Virus record (IMG/VR): IMGVR_UViG_3300017991_000062
Span: 32,001 to 96,000 of that record
DNA from: a virus
Reading direction: 5' to 3' (one strand)
DNA length: 64,000 bases
In this document: positions 29,185-38,663 of the stretch, piece by piece
Layout: each line of letters begins with the position of its first letter
Position numbering within the stretch: the first letter of the stretch is position 1
The notes under the pieces: model-generated
Told to the model about the DNA's origin: nothing
Seen by the model: only the letters and a program-made list of their open reading frames with translations
Database searches by the model: none
Position numbers and translations under genes: made by a program

Positions 29185-29258
29185 GCCACCCCTGCGCTCC
29201 GCTCCCTCCCAACTGCACAGGGCGGCGGGGATTGCAGGTTCGAGAGGGACGTGGTGAA

Positions 29259-30725
29259 ATGAAGGCGCGACGGCGTGATCCGGTTCGGGTAGGAGCCGGG
29301 AGCGGGGAACCCAGGTCGGCACGGCGGCGGCCTGGTCGCAGCGTCCCAACCCGCTCCCGTCCTGTGCAGCCCGACACCGACACGCATCCCCCTGACCCCC
29401 GTGCTGGTCGCCAGGCCAGCACGGGGGTCGTCCTCCCACCCCAATTCTCCGACCGCACCTGCCAACATCTACTCGACAAGCTGCTTGAGGTGACCGCCGC
29501 ACCTCTCGCGGCTCTCGTCGCGGGCTCGGGCCACTACGCCGGGTCACGGCCGGCCCAGGTGCTCCGACACGCTATCGAGTCAGCCTTCGCTGGTCGGCCG
29601 GTGAACCGTGCCGACCTGGTGCGCGACCTGGGGCTCACTCTCGACAAGGTGCGGGCCGACCGCGACAGGCTGATGAACCTGGGGGTTGACCTGCGCTTCC
29701 GCCGCGGCACCCGGCACGACTTCCGCATCGTCATCGACACGCAGCGAGCAGTCCGACCCCTGCGAAAATATGCCAGGAAGAACCCGGACTTGGATGGCCT
29801 TTGTGGGGTTTTCCCGGAGCCGGACCCCACAAAGGTCACGCAACCCCTTGATATTACTGGCACCGACCCCACAAAGGACCGGCCGCCCAAGTCGAGACCC
29901 CACAAAGGCGGCAGGCGCAGCGAGCCCAAGAACCCCACAAAGGGAAAGCAACGTCACAGAAAGACTGGCAAAAAGAAGCGGACCAAGGCCGGCTCCGCAC
30001 CCTGCACAGATGCAAGCGTACCCCCGCGCGTAATAGCTACTAGCTACAAAGGGGGTAAGGCTGGTGCTGTGCCCCGTCCTTGCTCCGCTACGCTCCGCAA
30101 GGACGGGGCCGGTCGCGCTGCGACCGCCGGCTCCCGGTCAGCGATTGCCGACCCCGACGAGATGCAAAGGCTGCTCACACTCGCCCGGCCCACCGGCTCT
30201 GACCTCACCCGGCGTCGGACCCTGGTGCGGGCGCTCTCGGCTCGGTTCAACCTCGCCTATCGAAAGGCGTGGCGGGCGGCCTACGGAAAGCGGCCGGCCC
30301 AGGACTACTCGAAGGCGTTCGAGGAGGTCGCTGTCTGGTGCGCGGTCGAGGGCATCGAGCCGGCCGAGTATATCAAGGTCAGCAGTGAGACGGCGAAGCG
30401 CTTCGCCAACTGGAAGCTCATCCCGGCGTCGGTGCTCGCGTCGGTCAAGACCCGCGATAGGTACGTCGAGGAGGTGGCCACGCGCAAGCGGGCCAGGTCG
30501 AAGCACGCGGGCTTCAGCTACGACTACGATCTAGACGTCGGCGACCTGAAACGACGGCTTGTGGGGGCGAAGCTGCCAGGCGCCCGCGAGCTGGACGAGA
30601 AGACCCTCCACCGTATCGAACGGCTCTGCAAACACGGGCTCGACGGGCGGCTGCCCGTGATGTCGCGCAAGCTGGAACCGTTTGTGAGGTGGGCACTGGA
30701 CCACGTATATCGGAAGCGGAGGTGA
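29259..30725 (+). CDS. Putative replication initiator (lambda O-like arrangement)
   Basis: HTH-like VNRADLVRDLGLTLDKVRADRDRLMNLG; internal iterons; immediately upstream of DnaC-like loader. Confidence 0.6.
   Translation: MKARRRDPVRVGAGSGEPRSARRRPGRSVPTRSRPVQPDTDTHPPDPRAGRQASTGVVLPPQFSDRTCQHLLDKLLEVTAAPLAALVAGSGHYAGSRPAQVLRHAIESAFAGRPVNRADLVRDLGLTLDKVRADRDRLMNLGVDLRFRRGTRHDFRIVIDTQRAVRPLRKYARKNPDLDGLCGVFPEPDPTKVTQPLDITGTDPTKDRPPKSRPHKGGRRSEPKNPTKGKQRHRKTGKKKRTKAGSAPCTDASVPPRVIATSYKGGKAGAVPRPCSATLRKDGAGRAATAGSRSAIADPDEMQRLLTLARPTGSDLTRRRTLVRALSARFNLAYRKAWRAAYGKRPAQDYSKAFEEVAVWCAVEGIEPAEYIKVSSETAKRFANWKLIPASVLASVKTRDRYVEEVATRKRARSKHAGFSYDYDLDVGDLKRRLVGAKLPGARELDEKTLHRIERLCKHGLDGRLPVMSRKLEPFVRWALDHVYRKRR
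29798..29943. repeat. Iteron-like repeats CCCCACAAAGG (1 inverted + 4 direct), probable replication origin
   Basis: Inverted copy 29798-29808; direct copies at 29825, 29867, 29898, 29933; one copy is out of protein frame; A/T-richer sequence follows. Confidence 0.75.
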
Positions 30726-30729
30726 GGCG

Positions 30730-31509
30730 GTGCTGAACCTGACCAGGGCCGCGGAGGAGGCCGAGCAGATGAGGGAGCGGGTGGTCGACGCCTGCGACCT
30801 CTGCGGCGGCCAGGGTGCCACCGTGCCTGACGAGGACGACATCGACCCCGACACGATGGAGCCGCGTGTCGTGCCCTGCACCTGCTACCTGGAGGCCGTG
30901 CGGCAGGTGCGGCTCATCGAGGGCAACGTGCCCCGGGAGTTCAGGGAGGAGGCCGAGGCCACATTCAAGGCGTTCGCGGAGGGGCCGAACGAAGTCGTGG
31001 CCGAGCTGCTCTCGGAGTACGTGAACCGGATGGAGGCGGCCCGGCGTCACGGCCTGGGCTTCTTCTTCTACGGCGAGAACGGGGTCGGGAAGACGCTGTG
31101 CGCGACGTGGCTCCTGTCGCAGGCCGTGCGCAAGGGGCTGTCGGTGTTCTACGTCACTGCCGACGAGTGGCTCGAAGGCGTCCGTGCCGGCTTCCGCGAC
31201 GAGGAGCTGGTGGAGTGGATGAGGTTGCAGACCGAGGCCGACCTGTTCGTGCTGGACGAGCTAGGCAAGGAGCACCGTGCGGCCGGCAGCACCTTCGCGC
31301 CGGCCGAGTTCGACAAGCTCATCCGGGGTCGGGCCAGCGCACTCAAGCCGACCGTGGTGGTGAGCAACATCCAGGACCGTGACCAGGTGCGCGAGGACCT
31401 CGGCAGTTCGCTCACCTCGATCCTGTCTGGGCGTCGGTTCCGGTGGGTCGAGTTTGAGCCTGGCGACTTCCGAGGCGCCGTGACCTGGGAGGAGCTGTTG
31501 AATGAGTAG
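30730..31509 (+). CDS. dnaC: DnaC/IstB-like helicase loader ATPase
   Basis: CDLC...CTC zinc site; GFFFYGENGVGKT; LFVLDELGKE; PTVVVSN. Confidence 0.88.
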   Translation: MLNLTRAAEEAEQMRERVVDACDLCGGQGATVPDEDDIDPDTMEPRVVPCTCYLEAVRQVRLIEGNVPREFREEAEATFKAFAEGPNEVVAELLSEYVNRMEAARRHGLGFFFYGENGVGKTLCATWLLSQAVRKGLSVFYVTADEWLEGVRAGFRDEELVEWMRLQTEADLFVLDELGKEHRAAGSTFAPAEFDKLIRGRASALKPTVVVSNIQDRDQVREDLGSSLTSILSGRRFRWVEFEPGDFRGAVTWEELLNE

Positions 31510-31723
31510 CCGACGCGACTGCGGCAACTGCGCCTTCGGGCCGGCGATCCGGTGGGTGTGCCCACACTGCGGCATCTGCCAAACCGAGAGCCGGCATGGC
31601 CGTCCACCTCCGTACTGGGCCAAGACGATGACGCGCGAGCTGGCGGCGCGTTCTGGCTGTGGTGCCTGCACCGGCTTCGGTGACTGTGCAGCGATGCAGA
31701 GGGCGGGGGTCGAGCGTGGCTAG
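31502..31723 (+). CDS. Small Cys-rich protein
   Basis: CGNC, CPHCGIC, CGACTGFGDC; overlaps neighbours at both ends. Confidence 0.55.
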   Translation: MSSRRDCGNCAFGPAIRWVCPHCGICQTESRHGRPPPYWAKTMTRELAARSGCGACTGFGDCAAMQRAGVERG

Positions 31724-33080
31724 CGTGAAGAAGTTCGATGCTGATATGGAGCGCGCCGTGCTCGCCCGGTGCCTCTCCGACCTGACGTTCCTGCGCGAGG
31801 CTGTCGGCGTGGCCGCGGCTCACGACTTCAGCTCGAAGCCTCTCGGGTGGGTGTTCGGCGAGATGAAGCGCCACTATGAGCGGCGGCGCGAGCTGATGTC
31901 GGGGCGCACCCTGGTCGGCCGGCTCAAGGCTACGATCAAGGATGCCGACGCTCGCGAGGCGCACGTCCGTTCCATCCGTGAGGTGCTCGCTGCCGACTCC
32001 GCTGATGCCGGTGCTGCCCTGGACCTGCTGACCGACTTCGTTCGCTTCCAGCGCCTTCACGCAACCGGCGCGGCCCTGGTCGAGAAGCTGGAGGCCGGTG
32101 ACCTGGAGGCGGCCGAGGCCGCCGTCGCTCGGCAGTACCGGCAACGGGTGGGCGGTCCCGACTACGACCGCCTCGACTGGTGGGGAACCTTCGATGAGCG
32201 GCAGTCCACCACCCTCGCGGAGATCAAGGCGGGGAAGCGGCTGTCGATCCGCACCGGCATCAGGAAGCTCGACAAGGTCATCCTCGGGCAGCACGTCGGC
32301 GAGCTTGGGATGCTGCTCGGCACCACCGGCAAGGGGAAGACGATCTTCCTGCTCAACTTCACCGTGGCGGCTGCGCTCCAGGGCTTCGGCGGTATCTTCT
32401 TCGCGCTGGAGATGCCGGCCCGGCAGGTGTGCCGGCGCCTGGACGCCCGCATCCTCAAGACGCCCTACACCCGGTTCCGCAGCCTGGACTTCGATGAGCG
32501 CGAGTGGAAGTCGCTGCGGAAGATGATGGTGCGGCGCAAGCGTTCCTTCGAGGGGATGATTGATGTGGTGTCGGTGCCCGTGGCCAAGTGCACCACGTCG
32601 CTCCTGGAGGAGGTGATTGAGGAGCGCCGCGCTGACGGCCTGCCGGTCGACTTCGTGATGTTCGACAGCCTCGACCATGTCCGGCCCGAGACCAGGCGCC
32701 GCACCGAGAGCAAGCGCATCGAGGCGAGCGACGTGTACTGGTGGGCCAAGGGCCTCGCGATGGGCAGCGGCGACACCCCAGGCTTCGCGAGCTGGACCAC
32801 CTGCCACGCTGGTCGGGAGTGGCGCTACCGCATCGCCACCCCGGAGGCTGCGAGTGAAGCCTACGACAAGAGCCGTATCTGCGACGACGTGGTCAGCATC
32901 AACCAGTCGCGGGCCGAGGAGAAGGTTGGGCTGATGACAGCCTACCTCGCCAAGTACCGCGAAGGCCCGAGCTGGATTAAGATCCCGCTGTCCACGAACT
33001 ACCAACTGATGACGTACCGCGAGCTTCGGGAAGCCGAGCGTGCTGCCATCGCTGGCGAGGAGGAGGAAGACGATGAATAG
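31716..33080 (+). CDS. dnaB: DnaB-like replicative helicase
   Basis: ERAVL...; TGIRKLD; GTTGKGKT; FALEM; MFDSLD; KYREGP. Confidence 0.9.
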   Translation: MASVKKFDADMERAVLARCLSDLTFLREAVGVAAAHDFSSKPLGWVFGEMKRHYERRRELMSGRTLVGRLKATIKDADAREAHVRSIREVLAADSADAGAALDLLTDFVRFQRLHATGAALVEKLEAGDLEAAEAAVARQYRQRVGGPDYDRLDWWGTFDERQSTTLAEIKAGKRLSIRTGIRKLDKVILGQHVGELGMLLGTTGKGKTIFLLNFTVAAALQGFGGIFFALEMPARQVCRRLDARILKTPYTRFRSLDFDEREWKSLRKMMVRRKRSFEGMIDVVSVPVAKCTTSLLEEVIEERRADGLPVDFVMFDSLDHVRPETRRRTESKRIEASDVYWWAKGLAMGSGDTPGFASWTTCHAGREWRYRIATPEAASEAYDKSRICDDVVSINQSRAEEKVGLMTAYLAKYREGPSWIKIPLSTNYQLMTYRELREAERAAIAGEEEEDDE

Positions 33081-33246
33081 CTGGACCTGGAAGCATGTCG
33101 TGACGATGTTGATCGTGGCCGGGTTGCTCGGGTGGTTCATGTTCAACGCTCGTGCCTGCGACACGACTAACCGCAAGACGAGTGCCGACAAGGAAGTTCG
33201 GTTGGAAGAGATCCGGCACGGGTGTCGGGCAGGGAGGCCGCATTGA
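33073..33246 (+). CDS. Small membrane protein
   Basis: MNSWTWKHVVTMLIVAGLLGWFMF... single TM; RBS GGAGG. Confidence 0.55.
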   Translation: MNSWTWKHVVTMLIVAGLLGWFMFNARACDTTNRKTSADKEVRLEEIRHGCRAGRPH

Positions 33247-33449
33247 GCCCGCTGGCGCCTGGCGACGGAGTGTCGCTCGCCGACCAGCCTTGCGAGCTGG
33301 CCAGCGACGGCCCTGGTGACTGGTCCTGCTATGCGGAGCGCAAGTTCTTCGACTCGGAGTATGAGCGCTGTGGGCCTTGCCAAGCGCGGGCCGACCTGGG
33401 CTTCGAGAGCGAGCTGGACTACGCGGAAAGGAGCGGGAGCGATGGCTGA
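33243..33449 (+). CDS. Small Cys-containing protein
   Basis: TTG start after AGGGAGG; PC...CYA-x-CGPC. Confidence 0.5.
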   Translation: MSPLAPGDGVSLADQPCELASDGPGDWSCYAERKFFDSEYERCGPCQARADLGFESELDYAERSGSDG

Positions 33450-33834
33450 TGACCTGTGCGACACCTGTGGAGGCTGCGGCGATGTTCCTGGCATGGGGCA
33501 TCGGGTGAGCTGTGACGACTGCGGCGGCACCGGGAAGAAGGGCGGGACGCCCGACACCTGGGTCATCCCCAGGTTCACCCCCATCGCGCCGGGCACGAAG
33601 CCTGACTTCCCCGTGCCGATGGACGAGTACCCGCGGCTCGCCGTGGGCACCGTGCTCGTCTCGAACGGCATGGTCTTCAAGGTGGCCGCGGTGAAGGAGG
33701 ACGGGGGCATGGTCAGCGCCCACTTCTGCGGCATGACCCAGTCCTGGGTGAAGAAGATGCGGCAGAAGTACGGCTCGCAACGCAAGCGCCGGGCTGAAAT
33801 GGTCGCCAGGCGCCACAAGGGCGGGAAGCGCTGA
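33442..33834 (+). CDS. Protein with DnaJ-type zinc-finger repeats
   Basis: CDTCGGCG and CDDCGGTG (CxxCxGxG). Confidence 0.65.
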   Translation: MADDLCDTCGGCGDVPGMGHRVSCDDCGGTGKKGGTPDTWVIPRFTPIAPGTKPDFPVPMDEYPRLAVGTVLVSNGMVFKVAAVKEDGGMVSAHFCGMTQSWVKKMRQKYGSQRKRRAEMVARRHKGGKR

Positions 33835-34073
33835 TGAAGGTGACCGTGAGCTACGCCTGCGACGCTTGCGGCCAGCCGTGGCCGACCAATGATGAGGCGT
33901 TCGCGTTTGCGGAGCTTGCGGTGAGCGGTGAGCCCTATCTCTGCCACGTCTGCGGGCGGCCGATGCGATATGGCTCGTGCGCTACCTGTGCCGACACCAC
34001 CTGCGGATTCCAGGGCACCGGCAGCGGTGTCGAGGAGTACACGTGCTGGAAGGAGTCTCCGGGTGAGGATTGA
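33834..34073 (+). CDS. Small Cys-rich (zinc-finger) protein
   Basis: CDAC, CHVC, CATC...C; TGATG coupling. Confidence 0.6.
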   Translation: MKVTVSYACDACGQPWPTNDEAFAFAELAVSGEPYLCHVCGRPMRYGSCATCADTTCGFQGTGSGVEEYTCWKESPGED

Positions 34074-35064
34074 CTTCGAGGAGCACCTCAACACCTTCAG
34101 CGAGTGCAAGGAGCGTCCAGGCCGCAGCGGGCCGCAGCTACTCACCCGTGACTGTCCGTTCTGTGGCGATGGAGGCTGGCACCTCTACGTGAACGCCCGC
34201 AACGGGCTGTGGAAGTGCATGAAGTGCAGCGAGGTCGGGAGCTACCTGCGCCTCGCCGCGGCGTTCCTGGGCATTCCTCTTCACGAGGCTGCGCGCACCA
34301 TTCGCGGGCTGCCGCCGCGGCGGGCTCCGCGGGTCAACGAGCTTGGCCGGCTGCGCGAGGCTGTCTACGACATCGACTGGGACGGGCTGCGCGGAAGTGA
34401 CCCGGTCACCGTGCCTCTGCCCGAGCGGTTCAAGCCTTGCTACCTGGACGGACGCTATCGCATTCCGAAGGCGCTGAAGCGGCGCCGGCTGAAGAAGCGC
34501 ACCATCCGCGAGTTCAACCTGGGCTACTGCGGCCTCGGCACCTACGGCAGGCGCATCATCATCCCAGTGGTGACAGGCACCGAGCACGCATTCCAGGCCA
34601 GGGCCTACGACAGCGACGTGTACGGCCCGAAGTATCTCTCTCCGAAGGTGGACATGGGCCGGCTCCTGTTCGGCGAGCCGTGGCTCGCTGCGGGCCTGCC
34701 GCGGGTGGTGGTGGTCGAGGGTGTCTTCGACGTCATGCGGCTGCACGAGTACGGCATCCCGGCAGTCGCCGTTCTGGGCAAGTCGGTCAGCGAGCGGCAG
34801 ATCACGATCCTCTTGAGCCGAGCCCCTCGCGAGGTGGTGCTGATGCTGGATGCCGACGACCCGAGGGCCGAGGGCTCGGCGTGGGATGCTGTCGACCGGC
34901 TGCGCGGCGAGGTGAAGTCGGTCAGGCTGGCGAGCTTGCCGCCAGGCCGCGATCCCGACACGGCCACGGCTCAAGAGGTGGACGACGCTATCGCTGCGGC
35001 CCGTGATGCGAGCCCAGTGTGTTCAACGCTGCGGGGCAGGCTGTCCAAGCTGCGACACGACTGA
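34063..35064 (+). CDS. dnaG: DNA primase (DnaG-type zinc finger + TOPRIM)
   Basis: CPFC...H...WKCMKC; RIIIP..FQAR..PKYL; VVVEGVFD; MLDAD; DPD. Confidence 0.88.
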   Translation: MRIDFEEHLNTFSECKERPGRSGPQLLTRDCPFCGDGGWHLYVNARNGLWKCMKCSEVGSYLRLAAAFLGIPLHEAARTIRGLPPRRAPRVNELGRLREAVYDIDWDGLRGSDPVTVPLPERFKPCYLDGRYRIPKALKRRRLKKRTIREFNLGYCGLGTYGRRIIIPVVTGTEHAFQARAYDSDVYGPKYLSPKVDMGRLLFGEPWLAAGLPRVVVVEGVFDVMRLHEYGIPAVAVLGKSVSERQITILLSRAPREVVLMLDADDPRAEGSAWDAVDRLRGEVKSVRLASLPPGRDPDTATAQEVDDAIAAARDASPVCSTLRGRLSKLRHD

Positions 35065-35138
35065 CCGCCACAAGCTGCGACAATCAAAGAAGCTGTAACC
35101 TACCGCTATCTCTGACGCATTTTCTGCGCATTTTTCGC

Positions 35139-35167
35139 TTGCATTGGATTCTGACCTGTCCTACTAT
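35139..35167 (+). promoter_or_regulatory. Host sigma70-type (early) promoter
   Basis: TTGCAT (35139-44) - 17 bp - TACTAT (35162-67) in the most AT-rich intergenic gap; T-tracts upstream (UP-like). Confidence 0.75.
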
Positions 35168-35200
35168 TGGTTCCAGCGTGAGAGGAGTCAGGAGGCTAGC

Positions 35201-36451
35201 ATGGCAACCCGAGAGTTCGACCGTAAAGGGCGCAAGCGGATTCGGTGCATGGAGTGTGGGGAGTTCTTCCACGCCCTCGCGCCGCACCTGAAGAAGCGCC
35301 ACGACATGAGCGTGGAGGAGTACCTGGGGAAGAACACCGTCGACGGTGAGCCTCCCCCGCCGACGATCTCCACCTACGCAAGCGAGGAGATCGACGCGAG
35401 TCGCAAGCGCAAGAAGAAGCGCGAGCGGCCGGCACCGCAGCCCGACACCGCGGTCGCCGGGCCGTCCGACGCCGACTTCGCGGAGAAGCCGCTCGATGCA
35501 CTGGTCATCGAAGGGTGGGAGATCCCGATCCGCGACCCCGAGTGCATCCCCGAGCAGGCCCGGCAGCACGTCCCGCCGCACGACGAGAACTACGAGCCCG
35601 ACAACGACCTGCTCGGGCGCGTGGCCCAGGCCGTCGAGCTGGACGAGGTGCTCATGCTCACTGGGCCGACCGGCAGCGGCAAGACGTCGCTCTGCTACAC
35701 GGTCGGCGCCCTGATGAACATGCCCTGCGTCCGCATCCAGTGCGACGGCGAAACCAGCTACGGCAAGCTCTTCGGCAAGACCCAGGTGAGGGTCGACTCC
35801 GAGAGCGGGAAGCAGGTGACGGTCTTCGAGCAGGGCCTCATCCCGGTGGCCGGCCGTTCCGGCGCGTTCATCATCGTGGATGAGGCCGACGCCCTGTCGC
35901 CCGACGTGCGCATCGCGCTTCACGAGTGTCTGGAGAAGGACGCCCTGGGGCGCCGCAAGTGCACCCTCGAAACCGGGGCCGAGGGCGACCTCGCCGAGGT
36001 GGTGTGGTTCCACCCGATGACGAGGTTCTTCCTCACGGGGAACAACCTCGGTTCCGACCTCGACGGGCTGTACGGTGGCACCGACAGCGCGCCGAACCTC
36101 GCCTTCCTGGACCGCTGCGAGCGCGTCAACGTCGGCTACCCCTCGCAGAAGATCGTCGCGAAGATCGTCGAGGCCAAGAGTGGCGGGCTGGCGCCGGCCA
36201 CCTGCAAGCTCATCGCCAAGGCGGTTCACGAGGTGCTCCAGGCCCACGTCACCGCGAGCCTGCCCTGGGTCCTGTCGCTGCGGCGGGCCGTGGTGCTCGG
36301 GACCAAGATGCGCCTCTATGAGGAGCGCGGCATCGACGCGAAGAAGGCGGTGCAGGTGGCGGTCCTGGACAACGTGCCGGTCGACGACGTGCGCAACGAC
36401 GTCCGCGGCATCCTCCAGCGTGTCGGCCTGCCGACCCCGAAGGCGGTGTAG
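35201..36451 (+). CDS. CobS/CbbQ/NorQ-like MoxR AAA+ ATPase with N-terminal Ros/MucR-like zinc finger
   Basis: CMECGEFFHALAPHLKKRHDMSVEEY; GPTGSGKT; IIVDEAD; TGN; NLAFLDR; SLR. Confidence 0.85.
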   Translation: MATREFDRKGRKRIRCMECGEFFHALAPHLKKRHDMSVEEYLGKNTVDGEPPPPTISTYASEEIDASRKRKKKRERPAPQPDTAVAGPSDADFAEKPLDALVIEGWEIPIRDPECIPEQARQHVPPHDENYEPDNDLLGRVAQAVELDEVLMLTGPTGSGKTSLCYTVGALMNMPCVRIQCDGETSYGKLFGKTQVRVDSESGKQVTVFEQGLIPVAGRSGAFIIVDEADALSPDVRIALHECLEKDALGRRKCTLETGAEGDLAEVVWFHPMTRFFLTGNNLGSDLDGLYGGTDSAPNLAFLDRCERVNVGYPSQKIVAKIVEAKSGGLAPATCKLIAKAVHEVLQAHVTASLPWVLSLRRAVVLGTKMRLYEERGIDAKKAVQVAVLDNVPVDDVRNDVRGILQRVGLPTPKAV

Positions 36452-36452
36452 C

Positions 36453-38567
36453 ATGGCGGTCAAGTCCACCCGGCGCATGGTCGCCAGCACGGCCGGCCAC
36501 TTCGAGACGCTCGCCCGCACCCTCACCCGGGACACGGGTATGCAGGTCATCCCCACGGCCGGCGAGTGCTGCACCGACTGCAAGACGTTCATCAAGGTGC
36601 CCATCCTGGCCGAGCACCTGCCGAAGCGGGCCAGCGAGATCCTCGACGGGATGCTGGACCACGAGAGCGGTCACGGCCGGTGCTGCAAGCTGGACGAGGA
36701 ACTGGGCCGGGTGCCCCTGCACCGGCTCTGGGAGGTGTACGGCAAGCCCTCGGACAAGGTCCACGGCGCCATGAACGCGGTTATCGACGCCCGGGACGAG
36801 GAGAAGATGGAGCGGCTCTACCCGGGCACCGCGGAGAACTTCCAGCGGAGCTTCGAGTTCTGCGCTGGCCGGCGCCGCGAGCTGGACCCGGTGGCGGCCT
36901 CCGATCCGAAGCGGCTTCTGTTCGACGTGCTCTGCGTCGTCAATGCCCGGCTGCGCCGCAAGGACGGCTCTGCCTGGGGCTCGATGGCGAACCAGGTGGT
37001 CGACGAGGTGCTGGAGGAGGAGGTCGAGGACGGACGGGAGCTGGTGGACGACTTCGCCGAGCCGGCTGCGTTCCTGGACCTCGCTCGCCGCATCCTGGAG
37101 AAGCTGGAGGCTGCCACGGAGGAGCCCGAGCCCGGCGAGGGCGACGGCGAGGGTGGTGAGGGCGACGGCGAGAACGAGGAGGGCGAGGGCAGCGGCGGCA
37201 AGGGTGACGAGGAAGGCGACGACGAGGGCGGCGGGAGCAGCGGCAGCTCGGGCGATGGCGACAAGGACGCAGGATCGTCGCCAGGCGATGAGAACGAAGA
37301 CGAGGGCGATGGCAGTGAGGACGACTCCTCGAACGGCTCGGACAGCGAGGATGGCGCTCCCACATCGCCCGAGTCGGGTGATGGCGGCTCCGCGGATAGC
37401 AGTGGCGCGGACGACGACCCCGAGCCGGGCAAGGCCGGCGACAGCCCCGACAGCCCCGACGAGAGTGACGGCAAGGCCGAGCAGTGCGAGGCCGGGCTGC
37501 CCGAGGGCACCCGCGAGGAGCTGGAGAAGACGCTCGACTCGAAGCTCGGTGACGACCCCGACCCCGTGAAGGAGTTCGAGCGCGAGGAGCTGGAGCGCGA
37601 GGCGAAGCGCGTCAAGCCGAAGATGGATGGCATCCACATCCCCGACCCCAAGGCGAAGGCCGCGGACAGGGTGCTCGACGCCCAGACCCAGGGCAGCCCC
37701 GAGGTCGGGTTCAGGACGTACAACGAGGCACGCAACCGGGCTCGCCGGGAGATCGGTGCGCTGCGGGCCAAGCTCTACCGGGCGCTCTGCTCCAAGCGGG
37801 CGAAGCGGCTGCGCGTGGAGCAGGAGGACGGCCCGCGGCTGCACGAGGCCAGCCTGCACAAGCTCGTCAGCAGCCGGCACGACACGCGGGTTTTCCGCAA
37901 GACGCTCCCCGGCATCGAGGTCGAGACCGCGGTCAGCATCCTGGTGGACCAGAGCGGGTCGATGAGCGGCTCGGGCAAGATCGGCAAGGCCAGGATCGCG
38001 ACGACGGCACTGGCCGAGACGCTCAACAGCCTGGGCATCCCGTTCGAGGTGCTCGGCTGGTGGACGAACGACCTGGGGCGCCCGAAGGTGACAGGCGAGG
38101 AGCGTGACTGGCACACCCGCTTCAATCGCTGCTATCCTCAAGTCTACTACGTCTACAAGGCGTTCAACGAGCCCTTCGGCAAGGTGCAGAAGTCGCGCAT
38201 CGGCGTGATGGACGCGCACAACCAGAATTGCGATTCGGAGGCCGTGGCCTGGGCCGCTGACCGGCTGGCCACGCGCCGCGAGCGCCGCAAGATCCTCATC
38301 GTGATGTCGGATGGCCAGCCCTGCTCGCCGGGCACCGACAGCGCGGTGGACGGCGGCAACATCCGCAAGGTCGTGAACCGCTGCTTCGACATGGGGCTGG
38401 AGGTCATCGGCCTGGGCATCCTGACCGATGCGCCGGCCTACTACTACCCCGTCAGCGTGGTGCTGCACGACATCAGCGACCTCGCGACGAAGCTGGTGAA
38501 GATCCTGGAGGCGCTGCTCCACAAGGGTAAGCGCCTCGCCAAGGTCGGGACCGGGAAGGTGGTGTGA
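36453..38567 (+). CDS. CobT-like protein: HExxH metallopeptidase-like domain, acidic linker, VWA domain
   Basis: LDHESGH...NAVIDARDE; long D/E/G/S linker; DQSGSMS MIDAS; MSDGQP. Confidence 0.85.
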   Translation: MAVKSTRRMVASTAGHFETLARTLTRDTGMQVIPTAGECCTDCKTFIKVPILAEHLPKRASEILDGMLDHESGHGRCCKLDEELGRVPLHRLWEVYGKPSDKVHGAMNAVIDARDEEKMERLYPGTAENFQRSFEFCAGRRRELDPVAASDPKRLLFDVLCVVNARLRRKDGSAWGSMANQVVDEVLEEEVEDGRELVDDFAEPAAFLDLARRILEKLEAATEEPEPGEGDGEGGEGDGENEEGEGSGGKGDEEGDDEGGGSSGSSGDGDKDAGSSPGDENEDEGDGSEDDSSNGSDSEDGAPTSPESGDGGSADSSGADDDPEPGKAGDSPDSPDESDGKAEQCEAGLPEGTREELEKTLDSKLGDDPDPVKEFEREELEREAKRVKPKMDGIHIPDPKAKAADRVLDAQTQGSPEVGFRTYNEARNRARREIGALRAKLYRALCSKRAKRLRVEQEDGPRLHEASLHKLVSSRHDTRVFRKTLPGIEVETAVSILVDQSGSMSGSGKIGKARIATTALAETLNSLGIPFEVLGWWTNDLGRPKVTGEERDWHTRFNRCYPQVYYVYKAFNEPFGKVQKSRIGVMDAHNQNCDSEAVAWAADRLATRRERRKILIVMSDGQPCSPGTDSAVDGGNIRKVVNRCFDMGLEVIGLGILTDAPAYYYPVSVVLHDISDLATKLVKILEALLHKGKRLAKVGTGKVV

Positions 38568-38643
38568 CGTGGGCGCCGCTCTCACGCAAGCTAGCCTCGC
38601 CCACGTCGGGCGCCCCGGGGCGGCACTCGCCCCGGGGCTGCCC
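38566..38643 (+). other. Tandem GC-rich stem-loops after CobT-like gene
   Basis: GACGTGGGCG/CGCCCACGTC (38566-75/38598-607) and GCCCCGGGGCG/CGCCCCGGGGC (38612-22/38628-38); no U-tract. Confidence 0.6.
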
Positions 38644-38663
38644 ACTTCCAGGGAGGGATGACG

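Noticed and set aside
29798-29943. CRISPR-like mini array
   Set aside because: Repeats are only 11-13 bp, one is inverted, they lie inside a CDS and no cas genes are present; iterons fit better
35201-38567. Cobalamin biosynthesis auxiliary genes (cobS/cobT)
   Set aside because: No cobN or other cob genes; the added zinc finger and HExxH domain point to the generic phage MoxR-VWA pair
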